The notes under the pieces are model-generated. The model did no database searches and was not told where the DNA came from. It worked only from the letters and a program-made list of their open reading frames with translations. The position numbers and the translations under genes were made by a program. Positions 19,149-29,510 of a stretch of DNA of 64,000 nucleotides are shown one piece after another; position 1 is the stretch's first letter, and the number at the start of each line of letters is the position of its first letter. Where the stretch lies: positions 2,107-66,106 of the forward strand of contig DATCFU010000198.1 in the NCBI GenBank assembly GCA_036509315.1, given 5' to 3'. The stretch is from Acidothermaceae bacterium (lineage in GTDB: Bacteria; Actinomycetota; Actinomycetes; Acidothermales; Acidothermaceae).

Positions 19149-20747
19149 TCACGACAGGAAGGTCATTTCGGCAATGCCACCCTGAAAGCCAGTGCCGGAG
19201 GCGGGCAACTTCGTGAGCCACACCAGCCAGTAGCGAGCGGCGGTCGGGGTGGCTAGTCGCAGTGTGACGTCGTTTGGTGCACTGGTTTGAGCTGCAGCGA
19301 GTGTCATCGCCTTCTCGTTGGCCGGCGCGGAGTCGCTTTCGAACAACTCGACCGATGTGCCGTTGCCGACCAGCACGAGGTGCACTGCCGAGACCTTCCG
19401 GGCGCTGCCAAGGTCCATAAGCAAGCCCACGCCAGGCTTGAGCTTGCCGAGGTCGGCAGTTCGGTAGATCTGGGTGCGCCACATGGTCGTGGGGCTGCCG
19501 TCGACGGCACGGGGAGCCTCCGATACGTGCGGATCGTCGTGCTTGCCGTAGGGGTCGAACTCGGTGACGAGGCCGGGGGCAATGGCGCCGGCTTGGGCCA
19601 CAGCCCCGGCGGCCGCACTCGACGTGGTCTTCGGGGTCGGGGTCAGCGTCGGGGTCAGCGCTGCAGGCTCGGCGCCCCGAACGAAGCTCAAGTAGCCATG
19701 CTTCCCGCCTACCAACAAACCCGCGACCACGACAGCCAGCAACAAAACGCCGATGCCGACTGCCCAGCGCTGCCACACCTGCACCGGCACCAGGCGGTTG
19801 TTGATCAAGCGGGGTTGGCGGGTCTCCAGGTCGATGATGGGTCCGCTGTCGGCTCCGTACGGATGGGCATCTTCGGTCGACGCGCGTAGTGGCCCCAGCG
19901 CGGCCGCAAACTCAGCCGGCGAGACGATTTCCGGTAGTCCGCGCAGCAGCGTCTCGTCACCCAACGCCTGCGCAACGACCTCATCAACCTCACGCGGCAC
20001 CCCGCCGCGCACCTGACGCGGAGTTCGCAAGTGACCCTCGGTGTAGGGCGCCGGTGGCAGCGCACTGTCGACCGGGAGTCCGGGCCACCGGGCGGTCAAC
20101 GCTGCATACAGGAGATTCGCTAGGCCCACAGCGTCGATCCGCCCGCGCTCGGCTTCACCGGCATCGCCGGCGTAAAGCGATGGCGCAATCGTGGCCGGGT
20201 CGGACCTGTCAGACCCGTCCGCGCCGAGCGGCGGGAGTGGTGCGGCGCTACGGGCGGTATATCCGGCCAAGCCGATGCCGACGAGGCGTGGCGCTCCGGT
20301 CGCGGTGAACAGCACGCTGCGTGGTGTCAGCGACAACCCGTGTAAGCCGACGTTGTGGGCGGCGGCAACCCCGATCGCCAGGTCGGAGAGGAGATCCACC
20401 GCAACCGCGGGGTCGAGCGGACCGGTCAACAGTTGGCTTTCCAGCGATCCGCCAGACAGAAATTCGGTCACCACGAACGCAAACCCCGGTGCTTCACCGG
20501 CGTCATACACGCGGACGACGGCGGCGTGCGTCAGGCCGGCCGCTGCGCGCGCACCCGCAAGCACTTCAGGAACGCCAGGGTCGTCGCCGCGCACCAGCAA
20601 GATTGCGACCGGGCGCGCGAGAACCTCGTCATAGGCCCGCCACAGCTTGCCGACCCGCTCGGTCTCGGTCTCGCCAGTTAGCGGCGATTCGATCCGGTAG
20701 CGCTCGGCGACCAGTAGGCCCGGTGCCACGGCCGGTGCGCCGCCCAC
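19149..20747 (-). CDS. protein-kinase-like pseudokinase with one TM helix and an extracytoplasmic domain
   Basis: Kinase-fold N-terminus (ERYRIESPL...LWRAYDE). By eye the catalytic motifs are degenerate: VAILLV in place of VAIK, HGLSLTPRSV in place of HRDLKPxN, and GIG in place of DFG. A TM segment (IGVLLLAVVVAGLLVGG) is followed by a roughly 170-aa outer domain. Confidence 0.75.
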   Translation of the reverse strand: MGGAPAVAPGLLVAERYRIESPLTGETETERVGKLWRAYDEVLARPVAILLVRGDDPGVPEVLAGARAAAGLTHAAVVRVYDAGEAPGFAFVVTEFLSGGSLESQLLTGPLDPAVAVDLLSDLAIGVAAAHNVGLHGLSLTPRSVLFTATGAPRLVGIGLAGYTARSAAPLPPLGADGSDRSDPATIAPSLYAGDAGEAERGRIDAVGLANLLYAALTARWPGLPVDSALPPAPYTEGHLRTPRQVRGGVPREVDEVVAQALGDETLLRGLPEIVSPAEFAAALGPLRASTEDAHPYGADSGPIIDLETRQPRLINNRLVPVQVWQRWAVGIGVLLLAVVVAGLLVGGKHGYLSFVRGAEPAALTPTLTPTPKTTSSAAAGAVAQAGAIAPGLVTEFDPYGKHDDPHVSEAPRAVDGSPTTMWRTQIYRTADLGKLKPGVGLLMDLGSARKVSAVHLVLVGNGTSVELFESDSAPANEKAMTLAAAQTSAPNDVTLRLATPTAARYWLVWLTKLPASGTGFQGGIAEMTFLS

Positions 20748-20794
20748 AGCAGACCTCCCGCGGTGCTATGCGCCTTTCGGTTCATGCTATTGCG

Positions 20795-21928
20795 TCAGCC
20801 GATGCGAACCGCGCCGATGTAGCCGTCCAGATAGACGGGTTGAACTTGAACGTTCACGCCCGTGTGTGGCGCGGCGAGCATTAACCCGTTGCCGACGTAG
20901 ATCGCGACGTGATGGATGGTCGTGGGATCCGAAATGTCGGTCGCCCAGAAGAGTAGGTCGCCAGGTTCGATCTGGCCGAGGGCAATCTTGTTCGGTATGG
21001 CCGCGTACTGATCGGCTGCCGTGCGCGGAATCAGCACACCAGCCCGCGCGAACGCCCATTGGGTCAGGCCCGAACAATCCCAACTGTCGGGCCCCGACCC
21101 GCCGTACACGTAAGGCTTCCCGATCTGGGATTGCGCCGCCTGGATCGCGAGCAGCGCAGTGCGGCTGACGCCGCCGGTGTCGACCAGACCGACAGCAGCC
21201 GCGGCGGTTCGGGCGGCGGCCAACGTCGCTGCGTCACGCGCAGCGGCCTCGGCGGCCACTTGGGCCTGAAATTGCTGCTCCAGCGTGACAATCTGGGCGT
21301 TCGCACCCTGAAGCGCTGCCTGCTGTTCGGCGAGCGCGTTTTGCGCGTCCGTAGTCGCGTTCGCGGCCTGGGCCGTCAACTCATCCTGCTTGGTGCGCAA
21401 GCTGTCGACCTGAGCGTTCGCGGCTGCGGCCGCGTGTTGCGCGGCTCCGACGGTGGCCAGGGCGTCGGTGTCCGCATCGGAAACGACCTGGACGCTGTGG
21501 ATCCCGGCCTGGAGTTGCCCTGGGTTTTTGCCGCTCAACACGCTGGCATAGAGACCAGTGATGCCACCGGACATGTACAGCGCACGTGTCGTCGTGTCAG
21601 CGACGGCACGCGCCTCGTCGACGGCCTCGGTTGCCGCCGTGGCGGCGCGTGTTGCCTGCTCCTGAGTGATGACGAGCCGTACGAGCGACGCCTGGGCACC
21701 GTCGTACCGCTCGCTCGCTTGCTCGACTTCCAGCTGCAGCTTGCTGACCTCTGCTTGTAGCTGCCGAGCTTGGGTCTCGGCATCGGTAAGCGGATCCGCG
21801 TGCGCTGTGAGAACTACCCCTGAAGCCGCCGGCAGGTTGCTGGTAGCGGAGGCATTCGCAACAGTCGCCATAGCCGCCATGGTTGTCAGCAGCGCAAGGG
21901 CGGCCGACGTCATTCGGCGGCCCGTCAT
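20795..21928 (-). CDS. NlpC/P60 peptidoglycan endopeptidase with long coiled-coil N-terminal region
   Basis: Signal peptide, an Ala/Gln-rich coiled coil, and a C-terminal NlpC/P60 core (KPYVYGGSGPDSWDCSGLTQWAF, HHVAIYVGNGLMLAAPH). Confidence 0.85.
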   Translation of the reverse strand: MTGRRMTSAALALLTTMAAMATVANASATSNLPAASGVVLTAHADPLTDAETQARQLQAEVSKLQLEVEQASERYDGAQASLVRLVITQEQATRAATAATEAVDEARAVADTTTRALYMSGGITGLYASVLSGKNPGQLQAGIHSVQVVSDADTDALATVGAAQHAAAAANAQVDSLRTKQDELTAQAANATTDAQNALAEQQAALQGANAQIVTLEQQFQAQVAAEAAARDAATLAAARTAAAAVGLVDTGGVSRTALLAIQAAQSQIGKPYVYGGSGPDSWDCSGLTQWAFARAGVLIPRTAADQYAAIPNKIALGQIEPGDLLFWATDISDPTTIHHVAIYVGNGLMLAAPHTGVNVQVQPVYLDGYIGAVRIG

Positions 21929-22353
21929 GACGTCGCGTCCGCTTTACCCGAACCCTTGACGATCACCGTTGCCCACGACCGGAGCGGGCCGATGTGACGA
22001 ATAACCAGCGTTGAGGCGTCGCGCACAAGCTTGAGGTGCACGGTTCCGTCGGTGCCGACGCTGAGGCTGTTCGGCAGCACTGTCTCGTCGTGTTGGGACG
22101 CCGAGTTTTGCGCTGCGAGCAAGGTAGGTGCGAGTGCACCCTTGTCACTCACCCACGCTGTCGCGGCGGCGGCGGCCGCTGAGTTGGCATCGTCTTGCGC
22201 GCTGACATGAGCGACAGCGATCGACAGCCCATCGAAGCCGACGACTGCGATTACCGCGATGACCAGGACCACGCGCGTCAGCCAGCTGAGAATGACGTCA
22301 CCCGTATCGGGCGCGACATCGTCCAGCCTGCGAGCCCAATCCTTGGTACTCAA
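21925..22353 (-). CDS. hypothetical small membrane protein
   Basis: 142 aa with one N-terminal TM segment (LTRVVLVIAVIAVVGFDGLSIAV). The stop overlaps the NlpC/P60 start by 4 nt. I recognise no family. Confidence 0.45.
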   Translation of the reverse strand: MSTKDWARRLDDVAPDTGDVILSWLTRVVLVIAVIAVVGFDGLSIAVAHVSAQDDANSAAAAAATAWVSDKGALAPTLLAAQNSASQHDETVLPNSLSVGTDGTVHLKLVRDASTLVIRHIGPLRSWATVIVKGSGKADATS

Positions 22354-22456
22354 GAGCGTGTCACCTCGACCGTTACGTCGGCGCTAGGACGGTTCGCCTT
22401 GAGCTTTCTCGGGCGTGGTGGAGGCTGATTGGTCGCATCTCACGAGGCCATTTGGC

Positions 22457-24154
22457 CTAGTGAGAGGTCCCGGCGACGCGGGCCCGGACCGCGTCGAGGA
22501 TCCGGGTCGCCTCACTGATTCGCATCCGTGAAGCGGCAGTCGCCAGGACGCCGAGGCCGATGCCGCCACCGGCTACGAGCGCGACGATGCTGCCGGTGAC
22601 ACCACGGCCGAGCAGGACGCCGGTCAGCTCGGCAAGCCCGTATGCAGCGCCGCCTGCGACGGCCGCCGCGAGCGTCACCCTGACGTATGTCTGGGTGACT
22701 CGCTGGCCGTCGATGCCGTCGAGACGGCGACCCAGCGCTCTCGCCGTCATGACGAAAGCGACCCAGTAGGAGGCGGCGAACCCAAGGGCGAGCCCGACGA
22801 CTCGTGATCCGGGTGGCAGTGCGAGGTACAGGCCGACGTCTGCCCCGACGTTGACCAGGGTCGCGACGACGTTGATGAGTGCAGGTGTGCGGGTGTCGTG
22901 TAAGGCGTAGAACGCGCGGAGCAACAGCTGGAACATCGCGAATGGCACCAGCCCGGTGCTGAACGCGACAAGTACCCAGCCGATGTAGCGCGCGTCTGCT
23001 GCGCTGACGCGCGTGTGTGGGAGGCATCGAAAAATGACCGTTGTGATCTCGGGCGCCAGTGCGATCAGCATGACGGTCGCAGGGACGACGGCGACGCCGC
23101 TGGTACGCAGGCCTGTCGACAGATCAGCCCGCAAATCATTGAACCGGCCCTGCGCTGCGTGGGCACTCATGCGCGGCAGTAACGCCGTGATGATGGACAC
23201 CGCGACGATCGCGTACGGCAGCTGGAACAGCTGATAGGCGTAGGTGTAGGCCGAGAAGGTGTCGGTGTGGCCGATGCGATGCGCTACGGCTGCCCGGCCC
23301 GCGGCCTTCCCGAGGTTGGTGACGATGACGAACCCGAGCTGGTTCACCGCGACATAGGCCAGTACCCAACCGCCGAGGGTGACCGCTTCGCCCAAGCCAT
23401 TGCCGCGCCAGTCGAACCTCGGTCGCCATCGAAAACCCGATGCGCGAAGGGACGGCCAGAGCGCGAGGGTTTGCAGGACGACGCCTGCCGTCGTCCCAAT
23501 GCCAATGAGTCGGATCTCACCGTTGGTGAGAGTGACCTGCAGGTTGGTCAGCTTCGCTACTGGAACGGCCTCGGTGACGGAGATGAAAAGCAGGCCAGTG
23601 CCGATGAGGACGAGATTGTTCAATACCGGAGCCCACATCGGCGCCGCGAAGCGGCCACGGGTATTGAGAATCGCGCCGATTGTGGCGCTGAGTCCGTAGA
23701 AGAAGACCTGCGGCAAGAAGTACCGCGCGAACGTCACCGACAACGAGCGCTGCTGACCGGTGAGGCCTTCTGCGTAAACGTCGATGATGAGCGGCGCGGC
23801 GAGCACACCCACCACCGTGCAAACGCCGAGCACGACCGCAACGACGGTAAGTAGGCGCTGCGCGTACAACTCGCCGGCCTGCGCGTCGTCCCTGACCGCT
23901 GTTACCAGGAGTGGGACGACGACGCTGGTGAGGATGCCGCCGAGCAGCAGGTCGTAGATTGCGTTTGGGATTGTGTTCGGGATGTTGTACGTCTCAGCCA
24001 GTGCGCCGCTGCCTAGGGCCGCCGCGAGGACGACCGTCCTAACGAACCCGGTACCGCGCGAGGCAACGGTCCCGATCGCCATGACCGTGCTTGATCGGGC
24101 CAGGCTGCTGTGGGGTGTGCCGGCCCTGCTGTCGGAGCCGTCCGCGATCGTCAC
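22457..24154 (-). CDS. murJ: lipid II flippase MurJ (MviN)
   Basis: 565-aa polytopic protein with N-terminus SSTVMAIGTVASRGTGFVRTVVLAAALG, typical of MurJ. It has no fused kinase-like tail. Confidence 0.9.
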   Translation of the reverse strand: MTIADGSDSRAGTPHSSLARSSTVMAIGTVASRGTGFVRTVVLAAALGSGALAETYNIPNTIPNAIYDLLLGGILTSVVVPLLVTAVRDDAQAGELYAQRLLTVVAVVLGVCTVVGVLAAPLIIDVYAEGLTGQQRSLSVTFARYFLPQVFFYGLSATIGAILNTRGRFAAPMWAPVLNNLVLIGTGLLFISVTEAVPVAKLTNLQVTLTNGEIRLIGIGTTAGVVLQTLALWPSLRASGFRWRPRFDWRGNGLGEAVTLGGWVLAYVAVNQLGFVIVTNLGKAAGRAAVAHRIGHTDTFSAYTYAYQLFQLPYAIVAVSIITALLPRMSAHAAQGRFNDLRADLSTGLRTSGVAVVPATVMLIALAPEITTVIFRCLPHTRVSAADARYIGWVLVAFSTGLVPFAMFQLLLRAFYALHDTRTPALINVVATLVNVGADVGLYLALPPGSRVVGLALGFAASYWVAFVMTARALGRRLDGIDGQRVTQTYVRVTLAAAVAGGAAYGLAELTGVLLGRGVTGSIVALVAGGGIGLGVLATAASRMRISEATRILDAVRARVAGTSH

Positions 24155-26553
24155 GCCATCGGCGATGAGTCGGCCGCCGCAGCGGGTAGTTGCGGGCCGT
24201 CTTTAGGCGGGCGGCGGGAGGCGACGATGCGTCTGATTACCCGGATCGCCGATACCAGGAACACCAAACCCGCCGCAGTGGCTGCGATGACCAGAGCGAC
24301 AGCCCCATAAGCGGTCGAGTTCATGACGAACGGAACAGGTGCCCCGAACGGCCGTGGGCTCGCATCCGGCGTCCAGAGTTGTGCGGCGACGTCGAAGCGG
24401 CCGCCTGTCGTTGCCTCGACCTCGATCAGCACTTGGTGCCGACTCTGATTGCCCGGAACGGTGAATGGCTCTTGCGGGGCGACCGTTAGCCGGGCCGCGT
24501 TCACTGCGGTTAGCCGGATCTCGATAGTCACTGGATCGGGCAAGTTGTTGACGACAGTAATCGGGATCTTCTGTTTTCGACTCGTCAACGTGATCAGGCC
24601 CGGTTTGACGATGTAGACATTGGCGATCTCGGCATCGAGTTGGGCCTGCACGGCAGCTCGGATCGTGGCCGCTCGAGCCAGATCTGTACGCAGACCGGCC
24701 GACTCCGCGCGCAAGATCGCGATGCTTGACGTGTTGATGAAGGGTTCCGTGGTGCTCGAGCCCAGTACGGCGCTGAACGCGACGAGCCGGGCGCGCAGCG
24801 CGGCGATCGGGAGCAGGTCTTCGCCTGGTATCTCGGCAGCTGATGCTGCGGCGGCGTACACGAGCGATTGCCGAGGGACGCCATCGGCGGTCTGGTCGGC
24901 AACTTGTCCGACGTTGGCGCCCTGAAGCCACGGCATCGTCGCGCTGTCCATGAGCAGCGTCGTCGCGAAGCCGTCGGTGGGATTCCAGTCGCGCGGCGGT
25001 GCGATTACCACCGAACTGCCGACGCCGGGTCGTTGCTCCGTGACGAGCATTGTCTCGGCGAGGAAGCGCTGCTCGGCGACCCGCACACCGCCGTCCACGC
25101 TCGTCGATGTGTTCAGCATGGAGGTCAGCGTCGAGTCGGTGAGCACCGCTCGTACGGTGCCCGACGCCGTATGCAGGTTCGTGCGGGCGCCGGTGACCGC
25201 GTTCGCGTCGCGCGGCGGGAGCGTCGTATCAGCGAGCACGACGGTGTCGACGAAATCGCCGGCTAGGTCGTTGAGTGTGGGCTCGTCGATCGTGCTGTCG
25301 ACCGGCCAGACGACGTTAGGCAACGTTGGTGCCAGAAGGTCGCCAGTCAACGTCGACTGGCCGGTCGAGCGCGCTATGGCGATTTCCCTCGTCAGTCCGG
25401 CGCGCTCGAGAGCCACCAGGTCGGTGTCGCCATACGGCAGCCCGATGACCGCCGCGCCCGGTGCGGACACGTCGCTATGCAGCGCCGCGAGCCAATCCGT
25501 GGCCGCCGATGCACCTGTTCCATTGGTGGATCGCCCGGTGTCACCCGCGACCACCTGGTACGGAGTCGGCTGCGCTGCGGGTGGCGTCGTGCCGGCAGAC
25601 TTGGTGCCTTCCCTCGGGGTGCTCGACGGTTTGGCCGGGGTGCTCGACGGTGATGCAGCGCTCGACGCTGGCTCAGAGGATGAGGCGATGTCGGACGGCG
25701 GCGGCACTCCGGTCACCCCTGTCACCCCCGCCGAGAGTTGGGCCGCCCCGGCCATCACAGTGGCGTCGTCGACCAGCGCAGGATCGATGGCGTATGTGAT
25801 CGGCACTCGTGCCGCCGACGCCAGTGAGAGCAGCCGACCAAGTCGGCCGGTGGGTGCGAGGTCAGTGGCGAGCTGGTCGTCGAGAAACGTGTTGCCGTCA
25901 CCGCGGTGTATCCCGTCAACCAATGGCACCAGCCAGCTGATCTGCGTCGGCCTGAACTGGGCGCCAATCGGCATCCATAACAGCTGCGTCGGCAGACGCG
26001 TCGTCGCGATGGTACGGCCGGACGTCGTACGCGCGTCGACAGCGAGTGGATACGCGCCGAAGTCAGCGGCGGACGACGGCAGGTTGAGGCGGTCAACCGG
26101 TACCAAGATCGTCCAGTGTGCGGATTGGCCGGCCGCAAGCGAGCCGATTGCGACGCGGGTGTTGGAGACCGTCGCCCCGAGTACCACGTTCGGGTCGAAG
26201 TCGCGCGCTAAGTCGAAGCGGGTACTGATCCGCGTTGCCGACGCGCGCGCCGCAACGCTCACACTCGTGAGGGGTGCACCCGAGATGTTGGTGATGGTGC
26301 CGTCGAGCACGACCGTGTCGTGCGGCTGGACGGCCTTGGGGTCGAGGCTCAAGAGCGTGATCGTCACGCGATGTGGCGCACTCGCGGGCGTTGGTGTCGG
26401 GGCAGCCGCAGGCAGCTGGCCGGTGTGGGGGGCCGCTGCATTTGGCGCTCGCGCGGCGTGAGCAACGCCGGTGACGGCGAGGCCGCCCGTTGCTGCGAAA
26501 AACACCGCCGCCACCGCGCTGGCCAGCTGTAGGCATCGACCTTTGCGCTTCAC
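24151..26553 (-). CDS. large exported protein, Rv3909/DUF6049-like (assigned by synteny)
   Basis: I set the start at GTG 26553 ([33 protein letters not shown], a signal peptide), which overlaps the NUDIX stop as GTGA. It also has a C-terminal TM anchor, and it sits immediately upstream of murJ. Confidence 0.7.
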   Translation of the reverse strand: MKRKGRCLQLASAVAAVFFAATGGLAVTGVAHAARAPNAAAPHTGQLPAAAPTPTPASAPHRVTITLLSLDPKAVQPHDTVVLDGTITNISGAPLTSVSVAARASATRISTRFDLARDFDPNVVLGATVSNTRVAIGSLAAGQSAHWTILVPVDRLNLPSSAADFGAYPLAVDARTTSGRTIATTRLPTQLLWMPIGAQFRPTQISWLVPLVDGIHRGDGNTFLDDQLATDLAPTGRLGRLLSLASAARVPITYAIDPALVDDATVMAGAAQLSAGVTGVTGVPPPSDIASSSEPASSAASPSSTPAKPSSTPREGTKSAGTTPPAAQPTPYQVVAGDTGRSTNGTGASAATDWLAALHSDVSAPGAAVIGLPYGDTDLVALERAGLTREIAIARSTGQSTLTGDLLAPTLPNVVWPVDSTIDEPTLNDLAGDFVDTVVLADTTLPPRDANAVTGARTNLHTASGTVRAVLTDSTLTSMLNTSTSVDGGVRVAEQRFLAETMLVTEQRPGVGSSVVIAPPRDWNPTDGFATTLLMDSATMPWLQGANVGQVADQTADGVPRQSLVYAAAASAAEIPGEDLLPIAALRARLVAFSAVLGSSTTEPFINTSSIAILRAESAGLRTDLARAATIRAAVQAQLDAEIANVYIVKPGLITLTSRKQKIPITVVNNLPDPVTIEIRLTAVNAARLTVAPQEPFTVPGNQSRHQVLIEVEATTGGRFDVAAQLWTPDASPRPFGAPVPFVMNSTAYGAVALVIAATAAGLVFLVSAIRVIRRIVASRRPPKDGPQLPAAAADSSPMA

Positions 26554-27068
26554 GCGATGTCCGCGAGCAGCCCCGGCACCTGGTCGACAAGGCGGCGCTC
26601 GTCGTCGTAGGCCAGCCGCTGCGCGAGTTCCTCCAGCGGCACCCATGCCACCTCGACGACCTCGATGTCCTCGTCGGACAGCTCGCCGCCCTCGGCGAGT
26701 AACAGGTAGTGGTGAACAGTCTTATGGATGCGACGCCCCTCAGCGACAAACCAGAAGTCGATGGTCCCAAGGGGTGCGACGACGCGACCAGCGATGCCGG
26801 TTTCTTCGGCGATTTCACGGACGGCGGCAATCTCAGGAGTCTCCCCTGCCTCGACGTGGCCCTTCGGCAGCGACCACACCAAGCGGCCACGCCGGTCGTG
26901 CCGGGCGATCAGCGCAGCGCGGCGACCTCGAATGCCCGGAATGCCGGTGTCGACGACCAATCCGCCGGCGGAGGTTTCCTCGACGCGGCGCAGGCGAGGC
27001 ACGGGTCGGCGTCCAGGAGGCACGGCTCGATCGTAATGGCCGGGTGGGCACGGTCTGGTCGACCGCAC
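26550..27068 (-). CDS. NUDIX hydrolase
   Basis: Nudix box [23 protein letters not shown]. Confidence 0.85.
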   Translation of the reverse strand: MRSTRPCPPGHYDRAVPPGRRPVPRLRRVEETSAGGLVVDTGIPGIRGRRAALIARHDRRGRLVWSLPKGHVEAGETPEIAAVREIAEETGIAGRVVAPLGTIDFWFVAEGRRIHKTVHHYLLLAEGGELSDEDIEVVEVAWVPLEELAQRLAYDDERRLVDQVPGLLADIA

Positions 27069-27102
27069 GCAGTGCGGGTGGCACGGTCTGGTCGACTACG
27101 CC

Positions 27103-27858
27103 TCAGCTCGCAGTGGCCGCAACCACCGGCACGGGGGGTGGCGACGAGGTTCCCGATGCTGTTCGCTTGCGAACTCGCGCGGCGGCGCCTGTGCCGAGTG
27201 GGCGCTCGTTTTCACCGAAAATGGCCTCACTCGGAAGAGGCAGCGTGATCGGCGTCGGCGCGATCGGGTCAAGGTCGATCCTGACTGCCGTGTCGACGTC
27301 ATAGCCGCTACCAGCGGGAGCGGCGACCTCAGCGGGGCCGTCGCTGGGCAGCACGAGGGCCCCGCTCAGATGCAGCAAGTCGGTCGCAGCGATCCCCAGC
27401 GCGGTGCCACCGTCGCCCGTCGCGGTGTAGATGATCGAGGTCGCGAGATCCAGCACACCTCGCGTGCTGACCACGATGACGTCGGGAGGCAATAACAGCG
27501 GAGCGAGATGCCCGGCGATGTAGTCGGTGCGACGGCTCACTAGGGCTGCACCCGCGACGCTCAGTTCCGCGTCTGGTCCGAGTTGGTCGCGCAGCAACTC
27601 GCGCAGTGCGAAGACCAGCGTGGCAGGTACGACCTCTTCGTCGGCGGGCGCCATGAGAAGGACGAGGAGGTCGCCGTCAGGAGTCAGAGCGTGGAACGGA
27701 TGGATCGCCAAGCAACGCCGGGGAGTTACCCCGAGGACCTCAGCGAGATGTTCGGCGCCTGCGGCCGGCCGGGGTAGGCGGACGATCTCATGGTGAACGT
27801 CGTGCTCTAACAGGTACTGATGAATGTCGAGCGGACCCAACATGTTGACCTCGCTCAC
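27103..27858 (-). CDS. hypothetical protein, possibly a YbaK/EbsC-like aminoacyl-tRNA editing fold
   Basis: The resemblance is weak and by eye (HEIVRLP...AEHLAEVLGV..., TDYIAGHLAPLLLPPDVIVVSTRGVLDL...IYTATGD). ATG 27843, which has a GAGG RBS, is an alternative start. Confidence 0.4.
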   Translation of the reverse strand: MSEVNMLGPLDIHQYLLEHDVHHEIVRLPRPAAGAEHLAEVLGVTPRRCLAIHPFHALTPDGDLLVLLMAPADEEVVPATLVFALRELLRDQLGPDAELSVAGAALVSRRTDYIAGHLAPLLLPPDVIVVSTRGVLDLATSIIYTATGDGGTALGIAATDLLHLSGALVLPSDGPAEVAAPAGSGYDVDTAVRIDLDPIAPTPITLPLPSEAIFGENERPLGTGAAARVRKRTASGTSSPPPVPVVAATAS

Positions 27859-28001
27859 CGACGTGCGCCTAGCGGCGCCGCCGAAGCAGACATTAGGCGG
27901 GCTCGGCCAGGAAAGGAACCCCTGAAGTTACAACGCCCTTCGTGCCGAGTTAGGGACGAACGGGCGTCGTTGATCGTGCCGGGTGGAGATTCCCCTTTGA
28001 G

Positions 28002-29510
28002 GTGGCCTTAACCGGCTCGCGCGCGCCAATCGCATTAGGCCTACCCTTGACCCCTGTGCCTGCGTCGCGTTCCCACCCTCCTTCGCTAACGAGCACCCAA
28101 CGGGCAGCGATCGACGAGCTAACCCTGGCGGCGCCGGTGGTTGACGAACTCGGAGAACTCTTCGCGCATGCCGGCCACGATCTGGCGCTCGTCGGGGGTT
28201 CGGTCCGCGACGCGTTACTCGGCCGGCTCGGCAACGACCTGGACTTTGCCACCAGCGCGCGACCCGACGAGATTCTGCGGATCACCAAGCAATGGCGTGA
28301 CAGCAAGTGGGAGTCCGGGATCGCGTTCGGCACTGTCGGACTGCTCAAGGACGGCGTGCGGCTCGAGGTTACGACGTATCGCTTCGAGACGTACGACACG
28401 GTGTCTCGCAAGCCCGACGTCGTCTACGGTGAGTCACTCGACGAAGACCTGCGGCGTCGAGACTTCGCCGTCAACGCGATGGCCCTTAGCGTTCCTGATC
28501 ACGTGTTCCACGACCCGTTCGGCGGCGCCCATGACCTGGCCGCTCATGTGCTACGGACCCCGGGTCTGCCAGAGGATTCGTTCTCCGACGATCCGCTGCG
28601 AATGATGCGTGCTGCTAGGTTCGCGTCGCAGCTTCGTTTCGACGTTGATCCGTCAGTTGCCATCGCGATGACGGCGATGGCTGAGCGGATCACGAAGGTG
28701 TCGGCGGAGCGGGTGCGTGACGAGCTCTCGAAACTGATGTGCACAGCAGAACCGCGACGTGGGCTTGCGCTGCTCGTTGATACCGGACTCGCCGACCTCG
28801 TGCTTCCGGAGTTGCCGAAGCTGCGGCTCGAAAGCGACGAGCACTTCCGGCACAAGGATGTGTATGAGCACACGCTAACCGTGGTCGAGCAGGCAATTGC
28901 ATTAGAAGGCGACGATGTTGAACTTGACCTGGTGCTGCGGCTCGCTGCGTTGTTGCACGACATTGGCAAGCCCGCGACTCGGCGCAAAGAACCGGGTGGC
29001 CGCGTCTCGTTCCATCACCACGAGGTCGTCGGCGCGAAGATGGCAAAGGCGCGACTGACCGCGCTGAAATATCCGAAGGATGTAATCGCCGATGTTTCGC
29101 GGCTCGTCGAACTGCACCTGCGTTTTCACGGATATGGCGAAGGCGAGTGGACCGACTCCGCTGTGCGTCGTTACGTCCGCGACGCCGGCCAGTTGCTCGA
29201 GCGATTGCACAAGCTGACCCGCTCGGACTGCACGACGCGCAACAAGCGACGAGCGGCCGCACTGTCTGCTGCGTACGACGACCTCGAGGAACGCATCGAG
29301 GCGTTGCGCGAGCAGGAACAGATTGACGCGCTGCGGCCTGAGCTCGATGGCTACGAGATCGGCGCGGTGCTCGGCATCCCGCCCGGGCCTGACGTCGGCC
29401 GCGCGTATCGATACCTGCTTGAACTCAGGCTGGACGCCGGACCGATCGGTAAGGACGCCGCTTCAGCTGCTCTGCGGCAATGGGCCGCAGAGCATGACGT
29501 GGGTGGTTAG
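28002..29510 (+). CDS. cca: CCA tRNA nucleotidyltransferase
   Basis: [22 protein letters not shown] nucleotidyltransferase motif and an HD domain ([18 protein letters not shown]). The exact start is uncertain. Confidence 0.85.
   Translation: MALTGSRAPIALGLPLTPVPASRSHPPSLTSTQRAAIDELTLAAPVVDELGELFAHAGHDLALVGGSVRDALLGRLGNDLDFATSARPDEILRITKQWRDSKWESGIAFGTVGLLKDGVRLEVTTYRFETYDTVSRKPDVVYGESLDEDLRRRDFAVNAMALSVPDHVFHDPFGGAHDLAAHVLRTPGLPEDSFSDDPLRMMRAARFASQLRFDVDPSVAIAMTAMAERITKVSAERVRDELSKLMCTAEPRRGLALLVDTGLADLVLPELPKLRLESDEHFRHKDVYEHTLTVVEQAIALEGDDVELDLVLRLAALLHDIGKPATRRKEPGGRVSFHHHEVVGAKMAKARLTALKYPKDVIADVSRLVELHLRFHGYGEGEWTDSAVRRYVRDAGQLLERLHKLTRSDCTTRNKRRAAALSAAYDDLEERIEALREQEQIDALRPELDGYEIGAVLGIPPGPDVGRAYRYLLELRLDAGPIGKDAASAALRQWAAEHDVGG

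Noticed and set aside
22388-22401. A 14-nt match (GACGGTTCGCCTTG) to the 5' end of the 74-nt element, in the murJ/small-membrane-protein spacer, as a possible fourth partial copy.
   Set aside because: The similarity stops after 14 nt. In 64 kb of GC-rich DNA a match of this length is only marginally unexpected, and I have no computation behind that estimate. It is not counted as a copy.
24950-26461. Long ORFs antisense to or overlapping well-supported genes, for example 24950..26461 +, 59100..60704 +, 55686..56813 +, 7409..8626 -, 50453..51463 - and 17480..18244 -.
   Set aside because: They are typical high-GC artefacts. Their Arg/Pro/Ala/Gly-rich translations contain no recognisable motifs. 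Each lies opposite or out of frame to a gene with clear family signatures (Rv3909-like, dnaK, clpB, jag/rsmG, pyrE, anti-sigma).
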